A DNA stretch of 64,000 nucleotides from Amnibacterium sp. (GTDB lineage: Bacteria > Actinomycetota > Actinomycetes > Actinomycetales > Microbacteriaceae), in the NCBI RefSeq assembly GCF_051956055.1, contig NZ_JBQCGC010000095.1:19456-83455 (forward strand), written 5' to 3'. The number at the start of each line of letters is the position of its first letter. Position 1 is the first letter of the stretch. Positions 56,415 through 64,000 of this stretch are shown here, in pieces. The notes beneath the pieces are model-generated. The model was given only the letters and a program-made list of their open reading frames with translations, did no database searches and was not told where the DNA came from. The position numbers and the translations under genes were made by a program.

Positions 56415-57663
56415 CCGCGTGACGACGATGACCACCGGCGCGGCCGTCAGCCACGTCGGCAGGGTGCGCACCCAGAACCAGGATTCCGGGTACGCGGGCA
56501 GCTCCCTGTTCGTGGTCGCGGACGGCATGGGCGGGCACGCCGGTGGCGACATCGCCTCCGCGATCGCCGTCCGGCGCATCGCGGAGACCGACCGGCTCGA
56601 CTTCGCGACGCCGCAGGAGGCGGAGTTCGCCCTGCAGTCGGCGATGATCGCGGCGAACCAGGAGATCAGCGCCGCGGTCGAGGACCGGCCGGAGCTGACC
56701 GGCATGGGGACCACGGTCAGCGCCCTCGTCCGCGTCGGCGACGTCATCGCGACGGCGCACATCGGCGATTCGCGGATCTACCTCCTCCGCGACGGCGAGC
56801 TGTCGCAGATCACGAACGATCACACGTTCGTCCAGCGGCTCGTCGAGACCGGCAGGATCACGCCGGAGGAGGCCGCCGTGCATCCGCGCCGCAGCGTGCT
56901 CATGCGCGTGCTCGGCGACATCGACCAGTCCCCGGAGATCGACACCTCCGTGCTCGGGACGGTACCGGGCGACCGCTGGATGCTCTGCTCCGACGGCCTG
57001 ACGAGCTATGTCCCGCTCGAGCGCGTGCTCGTGGCGATGAGCACCGCCGAGACCCCCGCCGAAGCGGCCGAGGCGCTCGTCGGCGAGGCGCTCGAGCACG
57101 GGGCGCCGGACAACGTGACGGCGATCGTCGTCGACATCGACCGTCCGGGCACCGGACCGGCCGCCGCGCAGCTCGTCGGCTCCGCGGCGAGCGGGCTCGA
57201 CCCGGAGCTCGCCGCGTCCGGGCGGGCGCACAACCGCCTCCCGGCCCTGCTGCTGCACCCGATCCGCACCGCCACCCCGGAGGCGAGCTTCCAGCCGGAG
57301 TCGGAGGACTACCTCGACGCGCTCATCCGCGAGGACCGCCGCCGGGTGTGGCGGAGGCGCCTCACCTGGCTCGCCGCGACGGCCCTCATCCTGGCCGCGC
57401 TCGTCGGCGCGGCGGTGCTCGGTTACCGCTACACCCAGACCCGGTACTACGTCGGCTTCGACGGCGACCGCGTGGCCATCTACCAGGGGGTGCAGGGCAC
57501 GATCGGGCCGATCACGCTGAGCCACGTGGTGGAGGTCACCGACGTGACCCGGCAGCAGCTCGGCTCGTTCACCCGATCCCAGATCGACGAGACCATCTCG
57601 ACGTCCTCCCTCCGGGACGCGCAGGCCGTCGTCGACAACGCGAGGACCGACTCCGATGGCTGA
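56407..57663 (+). CDS. pstP: PP2C family Ser/Thr phosphatase
   Basis: SHVGRVR..NQDS, VADGMGGH, GMGTT, HIGDSR, LCSDGL, APDNVT; TM near C-terminus. Confidence 0.95.
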   Translation: MADRVTTMTTGAAVSHVGRVRTQNQDSGYAGSSLFVVADGMGGHAGGDIASAIAVRRIAETDRLDFATPQEAEFALQSAMIAANQEISAAVEDRPELTGMGTTVSALVRVGDVIATAHIGDSRIYLLRDGELSQITNDHTFVQRLVETGRITPEEAAVHPRRSVLMRVLGDIDQSPEIDTSVLGTVPGDRWMLCSDGLTSYVPLERVLVAMSTAETPAEAAEALVGEALEHGAPDNVTAIVVDIDRPGTGPAAAQLVGSAASGLDPELAASGRAHNRLPALLLHPIRTATPEASFQPESEDYLDALIREDRRRVWRRRLTWLAATALILAALVGAAVLGYRYTQTRYYVGFDGDRVAIYQGVQGTIGPITLSHVVEVTDVTRQQLGSFTRSQIDETISTSSLRDAQAVVDNARTDSDG

Positions 57664-59041
57664 CGCGACCACGACGCTCGCGCGCCCCGAGGTCGATCGC
57701 GCGCCCGGCATCCGGCCCTCCACGCGCCTCCGCAACACCGAGCTCGGGCTGCTGCTCATCGCGCTGGGCGTCGCGGCGAGCGCGATCGTGCTCGTCCAGC
57801 TCGGCGCGCTCGGCCGCGTCGACCTGAACGTCGTCAAGCTCGTCGGCGGCGTGGGTCTGCTCACCATCGCGATGCACGTGGTGCTCCGGTTCATCGCCAG
57901 GGACGCGGATCCGTTCATCCTGCCCATCGCGACCGCCGTCAACGGGCTCGGCATCGCGGAGATCTACCGCATCGACCTCAGTCCGACCGGGCAGCGGAAC
58001 CACTGGGACTACGGGACCAGCCAGATCCTGTGGACGGCCCTCGGCGTCGCGGCCGCCATCGTCGTGCTGTTCGTCATCCGGAACCACCGGCTGCTCCAGC
58101 GCTACACGTACATCGCGATGCTGGCGTCGATCGTGCTGCTGATCCTGCCGCTGATCCCCGGCCTGCGCCTCAGGAGCGCGACCGCGCTCGTCTGGGTCAG
58201 CATCGGCCCGCTGAACTTCCAACCGGGCGAGATGGCGAAGATCACGCTCGCGATGTTCTTCGCCGGCTTCCTCGTCGCGCGCCGGGACTCGCTCGCGATG
58301 GTCGGGCGCAAGATCCTCTTCATCCGGCTGCCGCGGGCCCGCGACCTCGGCCCGATCTTCGTCGTCTGGGCGCTCGCGCTCGTCGTGATCATCGCCGAGC
58401 ACGACCTCGGCACCGGTCTGCTGCTGTTCGGCATGTTCGTCGCGATGCTGTACGTCGCGACCGGCAGGACGAGCTGGATCCTGCTCGGCCTGCTGCTCGC
58501 CGCCGCGGGGGCCTTCGCGGTGGCGCGCACGCTCTCGTACGTGCAGGGCCGGATCACGAACTGGCTCGACGCGTTCGACCCCAAGCTCTACGACGCCGCA
58601 GGCGGGTCGTTCCAGCTCGTCAACGGCATCTTCGGTCTCGCGCACGGCGGCCTGTTCGGCACCGGCCTCGGGCAGGGCAGGCCGGACCTCACCCCCGCGG
58701 CGAACAGCGACTTCATCATCGCCTCGATCGGCGAGGAGCTCGGCCTCGTCGGCGTGTTCGCGATCCTCTGCCTCTACCTCCTGTTCGTCTCCCGCGGCTT
58801 CCGGATCGGCTTCTCCGGCCCGGACGACTACGGCAAGCTGCTCGCCGCCGGACTCGCGTTCGTCTTCGCGCTGCAGGTCTTCATCGTCGTCGGCGGTGTG
58901 ATGCGGGTGATCCCGGAGACGGGGCTCACCACGCCGTTCCTCGCGGCGGGCGGGTCGTCCCTCGTCGCCAACTGGATGATCGCGGCGCTGCTGCTGCGCA
59001 TCTCCGACACGATCCGAAGCGGCCCGAGGACGGTGATCTAG
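57656..59041 (+). CDS. rodA: FtsW/RodA/SpoVE (SEDS) family protein
   Basis: NFQPGEMAK, EHDLGT, NSDFII..IGEELG, PETGLTTPFLAAGGSS. Confidence 0.95.
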   Translation: MADATTTLARPEVDRAPGIRPSTRLRNTELGLLLIALGVAASAIVLVQLGALGRVDLNVVKLVGGVGLLTIAMHVVLRFIARDADPFILPIATAVNGLGIAEIYRIDLSPTGQRNHWDYGTSQILWTALGVAAAIVVLFVIRNHRLLQRYTYIAMLASIVLLILPLIPGLRLRSATALVWVSIGPLNFQPGEMAKITLAMFFAGFLVARRDSLAMVGRKILFIRLPRARDLGPIFVVWALALVVIIAEHDLGTGLLLFGMFVAMLYVATGRTSWILLGLLLAAAGAFAVARTLSYVQGRITNWLDAFDPKLYDAAGGSFQLVNGIFGLAHGGLFGTGLGQGRPDLTPAANSDFIIASIGEELGLVGVFAILCLYLLFVSRGFRIGFSGPDDYGKLLAAGLAFVFALQVFIVVGGVMRVIPETGLTTPFLAAGGSSLVANWMIAALLLRISDTIRSGPRTVI

Positions 59042-59043
59042 GG

Positions 59044-60513
59044 ATGAACCGGGAGCTGAAGCGCATCAGCGCGCTCGTCCTGCTGATGTTCACGACCCTG
59101 TTCGTGGCGTCGTCGATCATCCAGGTGTTCCAGACGGACAACCTGGAGGCGGACGCCAGGAACCAGCGGGCGAGGGCCGACCAGTACGCGATCCAGCGGG
59201 GTCAGATCCTCACCTCCGACGGGAAGGCGATCGTCACGTCGCCGAAGTCGGGGGACACGTACCAGTTCGACCGCAAGTACACGGACGGCCCGCTGTACGC
59301 CGCGGTCACCGGCTACTACAACCCCATCGGGGCGCCGACCGGCATCGAGGGTGCGCTCAACGCGCAGCTCGCCGGCACCTCCTCCGACCAGGTGCTCAGC
59401 CGCCTGCAGAGCATCGTGACCGGGAAGGACCCGAAGGGCGCCTCGGTCCAGCTGACGATCGATCCGAAGGTCCAGAAGGCCGCGTACGACGCCCTCGGCA
59501 ACCTGCGCGGCGCCGTCGTGGCCATCCAGCCGAAGACGGGCAAGGTGCTCGCGATGGTCTCGAAGCCGTCCTTCGACCCGAATGCGATCGCCGATCACAC
59601 GAACGGCGTCGCGGCGTACCAGGCGCTGTCCAGCAAGGCCGTGAACCCGCTCGTGAACCGGGCGATCGGAGGCAACCTGAACCCGCCGGGGTCCACCTTC
59701 AAGCTCATCACCACGTCGGCGGCCCTCGAGAGCGGCAAGTACAAGCCGAACTCGAGCTTCCCGAACCCGCCGATCTACACCCTCCCCGGCACGAGCACGA
59801 CGATCCACAACGCGGACGGCGAGTACTGCGGTGCGTCCAAGACGGCGACGATCGCCGTCGCCGTCGCGCTCTCCTGCAACGTCCCGATGGCCCAGCTCGG
59901 CGCGAAGCTCGGGCCGGCGGCGCTCCGCACGCAGGCGGAGAAGTTCGGGTTCGACAAGCCGCTGTCCATCCCGGTCAAGGTGACGCCGAGCATCTACCCG
60001 CCCGTCAGTGCGTCCGGGCAGGACCTGAACAGCGCCGAGACCGCGCAGACCGCGTTCGGGCAGTTCGAGGTTCGGGCCACGCCGATGGAGATGGCCATGG
60101 TGGCGGCGACCATCGGCAACGGTGGCGTCGAGATGCAGCCGAACCTGGTCGACAAGATCGTGTCGCCGTCGCTCCAGACCACCCAGGCGTTCAGCCCGAC
60201 GGTCCTGAACACCCCGGTGAGCAGCAAGACGGCGGATGAGGTGAAGGCGATGATGGTCGCGTCCGTCGCGAGTGGGGCGGCGACCAATGCAAGAATCAAC
60301 GGGGTCACGGTCGCGGGGAAGACGGGGACCGCGCAGAACGGGACGGGGCAGCCGTACACGCTCTGGTTCACGGGGTTCGCTCCGTCGAACGACCCGCAGG
60401 TCGCCGTGGCGGTGGTCATCGAGAACGGTGGGGGTCTGGGCCAGTCGGGGTGGGGCAACCTCGTCGCCGCCCCGATCGCCAAGCAGGTCATGGAGGCGGT
60501 GCTGAACGGATGA
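59044..60513 (+). CDS. pbpA: Class B penicillin-binding protein PbpA
   Basis: QRGQI, PPGSTFK (SxxK), [11 protein letters not shown]. Confidence 0.95.
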   Translation: MNRELKRISALVLLMFTTLFVASSIIQVFQTDNLEADARNQRARADQYAIQRGQILTSDGKAIVTSPKSGDTYQFDRKYTDGPLYAAVTGYYNPIGAPTGIEGALNAQLAGTSSDQVLSRLQSIVTGKDPKGASVQLTIDPKVQKAAYDALGNLRGAVVAIQPKTGKVLAMVSKPSFDPNAIADHTNGVAAYQALSSKAVNPLVNRAIGGNLNPPGSTFKLITTSAALESGKYKPNSSFPNPPIYTLPGTSTTIHNADGEYCGASKTATIAVAVALSCNVPMAQLGAKLGPAALRTQAEKFGFDKPLSIPVKVTPSIYPPVSASGQDLNSAETAQTAFGQFEVRATPMEMAMVAATIGNGGVEMQPNLVDKIVSPSLQTTQAFSPTVLNTPVSSKTADEVKAMMVASVASGAATNARINGVTVAGKTGTAQNGTGQPYTLWFTGFAPSNDPQVAVAVVIENGGGLGQSGWGNLVAAPIAKQVMEAVLNG

Positions 60514-62321
60514 GACCGGTGTCCGGGCTCACTTTCGGGGGCCGCTACGAGCTCTCCTCGCGGATCGCCATCGGCGGCATGGGCGAGGTCTGGGAGGCGA
60601 CCGACCTCGTCATCGGGCGACCCGTCGCCATCAAGATCCTGAAGGACGAGTACCTCGGCGACCCCGGGTTCCTCGAACGCTTCCGGGCTGAGGCGCGGCA
60701 CGCGGCCCTCGTGAACCACGAGGGCATCGCCAACGTCTACGACTACGGCGAGGAGGACGGCTCCGCCTTCCTCGTGATGGAGCTCGTGCCGGGCGAGCCG
60801 CTCTCCTCGATCCTCGAGCGGCAGCACACGCTGCCGCCGGACCGGGTGCTCGACGTCGTCTCCCAGACGGCGATGGCCCTCCACGCCGCGCACGCCGCCG
60901 GTCTGGTGCACCGGGACATCAAGCCGGGCAACCTGCTCGTCACGCCGGACGGCCGCGTCAAGATCACGGACTTCGGCATCGCGCGCATCACCGATCAGGT
61001 TCCGCTCACCGCCACCGGCCAGGTGATGGGCACCGTGCAGTACCTCTCGCCCGAGCAGGCGAGCGGCCAGCCGGCGTCGCCCGCGACGGACATCTACTCG
61101 CTCGGCATCGTCGCGTACGAAGCCCTCGCCGGGCACCGCCCCTTCACGGGCGAGTCGCAGGTCGCCATCGCGATGGCGCAGATCAACGACACCGCGCCCG
61201 ATCTGCCCCACTCGGTGCCCGAGCCCGTGCGCCGGCTCGTCTTCGCCTGCATCGCGAAGGCGCCGTCCGACCGGCCGACCACGGCCGCCCTGCTCGCCCG
61301 TGCGGCGCAGGCCCTGCGCCGCGGCGACGTGCTCGCCGCGGCCTCGGCGGTGCCCGCGGTGCTCCCGGCCGGGGTCGCCGCTCCGACGATGGCCATGCAG
61401 ACCGACGCGGCGACCTCCGTGATGCCGTCGCAGGCGCCCGGCTTCGACACGATGCTGCTGGGCGTCCCCGGCGGCACGCCGACGGCCGCCACCTCCGCGT
61501 ACCCGCAGCCGGTGGAGGGTCCGCCGACGCTCACCGGCCCATACGGCACGGGCGACGGGCCGCGGGACGACGGGCCGCGCAAGCGCAGCGCCTGGACCAT
61601 CCCGCTCATCATCCTGAGCGTCATGCTCGCCGTGCTCCTCGTGGTGTTCCTCATCACCACCCTCACGAGCGGCAAGGGCACGCCGGGGAGCACGGGCACC
61701 CCGAGCACCACGTCGAGCAGCGCCTCGACGTCGAGCAGCCCGTCCACCTCCGCGACGCCGATCGTGCTCGACCCGGCGCAGTACTACGGCAAGCAGTACT
61801 CGGTCGTGAAGAGTCAGCTGGAGGGCATGGGGCTCGTCGTCGCCGGCGACCAGATCCCGGCCACGAGCTCGAGCGACTCCGGCAAGGTCACGAAGATCGA
61901 CCCGACCACCACCACGTCGGGCAGCACCGTGACCGTCACCTACTACGGCACGTCGACGACCCCCGACGCCCCGTCGTCGGCGCCGACGACCTCGTCGAAG
62001 TCCGTGACCGCCGGGCAGACCTTCACCGTGAACTGGCCGGTGTACACCTGCAAGTCCGGGACCGGCGGCTCGCTCTCGGGGTACACGCTCAAGCTCTCGG
62101 GCGACGCCGCATCGCCGGGCGACACGCCCCTCGGTACGGTGCAGAGCCAGCAGGTGCAGGCGGGGTCGAGCCCGGGCAAGATGACCATCGTGTACTCGGC
62201 GAACTGCGGGGCGGTCGAGACCCCCGACTCGCCGAAGCTGACGGTCACCGTGACTGCGCCGACCACCCCGAGCCCCGGCCCGACGGCCAGCTCGAACCCG
62301 AGCCCCACCACGACCCCATGA
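60510..62321 (+). CDS. pknA: Ser/Thr protein kinase PknA
   Basis: [33 protein letters not shown]; TM; Ser/Thr-rich extracellular region; operon position. Confidence 0.93.
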   Translation: MRPVSGLTFGGRYELSSRIAIGGMGEVWEATDLVIGRPVAIKILKDEYLGDPGFLERFRAEARHAALVNHEGIANVYDYGEEDGSAFLVMELVPGEPLSSILERQHTLPPDRVLDVVSQTAMALHAAHAAGLVHRDIKPGNLLVTPDGRVKITDFGIARITDQVPLTATGQVMGTVQYLSPEQASGQPASPATDIYSLGIVAYEALAGHRPFTGESQVAIAMAQINDTAPDLPHSVPEPVRRLVFACIAKAPSDRPTTAALLARAAQALRRGDVLAAASAVPAVLPAGVAAPTMAMQTDAATSVMPSQAPGFDTMLLGVPGGTPTAATSAYPQPVEGPPTLTGPYGTGDGPRDDGPRKRSAWTIPLIILSVMLAVLLVVFLITTLTSGKGTPGSTGTPSTTSSSASTSSSPSTSATPIVLDPAQYYGKQYSVVKSQLEGMGLVVAGDQIPATSSSDSGKVTKIDPTTTTSGSTVTVTYYGTSTTPDAPSSAPTTSSKSVTAGQTFTVNWPVYTCKSGTGGSLSGYTLKLSGDAASPGDTPLGTVQSQQVQAGSSPGKMTIVYSANCGAVETPDSPKLTVTVTAPTTPSPGPTASSNPSPTTTP

Positions 62322-64000
62322 CCACCGAGGACGGCACGCCGACGACCGCCGTCACGGGCCCGATCCTGGCCCTGACCGGCGGCGAGCGGCTGCTCGCGGG
62401 GCGCTACCGCGTCGAGCAGCACATCGGCCGCGGGGGCATGGCCGAGGTGCACGTCGGCACCGACACCCGGCTCGGCCGCAAGGTCGCGATCAAGCTCCTG
62501 AAGTCCTCGCTGGCCAACGACCCGACGTTCCGCATGCGGTTCCGGCAGGAGGCGCAGGCGGCGTCCCGGATGACGCACCCGACGATCGTGCGGGTGTTCG
62601 ACGCGGGCGAGGAGACGGTGCTCGAGTCCGGCGGCGGCGAGGCGCAGCTGCCGTTCATCGTGATGGAGTTCGTCGACGGCAAGCTGCTGAAGGACCTCAT
62701 CAAGGACGGCCCGATGACCGCGCAGGAGGCCGGCCACATCGTGGGCGGCATCCTCACCGCGCTCGAGTACTCGCACCGCGCAGGCGTGGTCCATCGCGAC
62801 ATCAAGCCCGGCAACGTGATGGTCACGCGATCGGGCCAGATCAAGGTCATGGACTTCGGGATCGCCAGGGCCATCAGCGACTCGTCCGCGACCGTGGCGC
62901 AGACGAGCGTCATCCTCGGCACCGCGCAGTACTTCTCCCCCGAGCAGGCCAAGGGCGAGACGGTCGACGTCCGGAGCGACCTCTACTCCACGGGCGTCGT
63001 GCTCTTCGAGATGCTGACGGGGCGCGCCCCGTTCCGCGGCGACAGCCCGATCGCCGTCGCGTACCAGCACGTCTCCGAGCGGCCGGAGGTGCCGAGCCGG
63101 CTCAACCCGGCCCTCACCGAGGCGATGGACGCCGTGGTCCTCCGGGCGCTCGAGAAGGACAAGGCGAGGCGGTACCAGAGCGCGGACGAGTTCCGGGCCG
63201 ACGTCGACGCGGTGCTCGCCGGGCGCACGCCCACCGCGCGCCTCCCCACGATCGAGATCCAGCAGGAGTTCTTCGGCGGCCCCGAAGCGAGCCCCGACGC
63301 GACCGTGCGCCGGCTCGCGTTCGACGATCCGGGGCCCGCCGGCACGTCCAGCCGGCCGCCGGTCGCGTGGATCTGGGCCGGGATCCTGGTCGTCGTCGCC
63401 ATCGTGCTCGCGGTCGGCCTCTGGGTCGCTTCCATCGCCACCGGCGGGTTCGGCGCCGACAACCGCACCGTCCCTGACGGCCTGCAGGGCGCCACGAGCG
63501 CGACCGCCGAGCGGGCGCTGGGCGGCCTGGACCTGCGCTGGCTGATCCACAAGGAGCCCAGCAGCACGGTCGCTCAGGGCGTGGTGATCCGCGCGACGCC
63601 GAAGGCTGGCACGGTGCTGACCAAGGGCGATTCCGTGACGCTCTGGGTCTCCACGGGGACACCGCAGGCGACGGTGCCCGCGGTGGCGGGGCTGACGCAG
63701 GACGCCGCCCAGCAGGCGATCACCCAGGCGGGCCTGAAGGTCGGCACCGTGACCACCGATCATTCGGTCGACGTGCCGGGCGGCTCCGTCATCTCCGCCT
63801 CGCAGAAGGCGGGCACCTCGATCGACGAGGGCACGAGCGTCGACCTCGTGGTGTCGGACGGCAAGGTCGACCTGCCTGACCTCACCGGTCAGCCCATCTC
63901 CGACGCGCAGGCGAAGCTGCAGCAGCTCGGCCTGTCCGCGGACGTGCAGCCGCAGCAGGGCTGCGGTCAGGCCAGCGACATCGTCTACTACCAGGTGACC
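62318..64000 (+). CDS. pknB: PASTA-domain Ser/Thr kinase PknB (partial, runs off right edge)
   Basis: ATG 62318 overlaps pknA stop; [51 protein letters not shown] repeats (TVPDGL.G, TVPAVAG, DLPDLTG); open to window end. Confidence 0.95.
   Translation, partial: MTTEDGTPTTAVTGPILALTGGERLLAGRYRVEQHIGRGGMAEVHVGTDTRLGRKVAIKLLKSSLANDPTFRMRFRQEAQAASRMTHPTIVRVFDAGEETVLESGGGEAQLPFIVMEFVDGKLLKDLIKDGPMTAQEAGHIVGGILTALEYSHRAGVVHRDIKPGNVMVTRSGQIKVMDFGIARAISDSSATVAQTSVILGTAQYFSPEQAKGETVDVRSDLYSTGVVLFEMLTGRAPFRGDSPIAVAYQHVSERPEVPSRLNPALTEAMDAVVLRALEKDKARRYQSADEFRADVDAVLAGRTPTARLPTIEIQQEFFGGPEASPDATVRRLAFDDPGPAGTSSRPPVAWIWAGILVVVAIVLAVGLWVASIATGGFGADNRTVPDGLQGATSATAERALGGLDLRWLIHKEPSSTVAQGVVIRATPKAGTVLTKGDSVTLWVSTGTPQATVPAVAGLTQDAAQQAITQAGLKVGTVTTDHSVDVPGGSVISASQKAGTSIDEGTSVDLVVSDGKVDLPDLTGQPISDAQAKLQQLGLSADVQPQQGCGQASDIVYYQVT

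Overview
Very high-GC actinobacterial chromosome segment; gene content and sequences suggest Microbacteriaceae (inference). It is mostly core genome: pgm end, htpX, lplA, a fructokinase-like ROK kinase, pgi, a circularly permuted ATP-grasp/alpha-E/transglutaminase operon, two-component genes, ddaH-rocD with an Lrp regulator, the complete coproporphyrin-dependent heme cluster (hemA,E,G,Q,H,C,D,B,L), an M13 peptidase, nucS, zwf, tRNA-Leu(CAG) and the conserved fhaA-fhaB-pstP-rodA-pbpA-pknA-pknB locus, which runs off the right edge. No IS, prophage or CRISPR array was seen. Best leads: (1) a stand-alone AbiEi/DUF559-like nuclease gene bracketed by two copies of a ~60-bp palindrome, in a region with several REP-like repeat families, one of which lies in-frame inside a protein-coding gene; (2) a 7-TM heliorhodopsin-like protein with no lysine at all; (3) a DUF805-SuFu-like fusion; (4) two coupled microproteins divergent from a ROK regulator; (5) a GlnR-like box on the ATP-grasp operon next to an acidic repeat peptide. 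All family assignments come from motif recognition by eye, with no database search. Most long ORFs in the supplied track are GC-rich shadow frames, so start codons were re-assigned from RBS, -10 boxes and stop/start overlaps.
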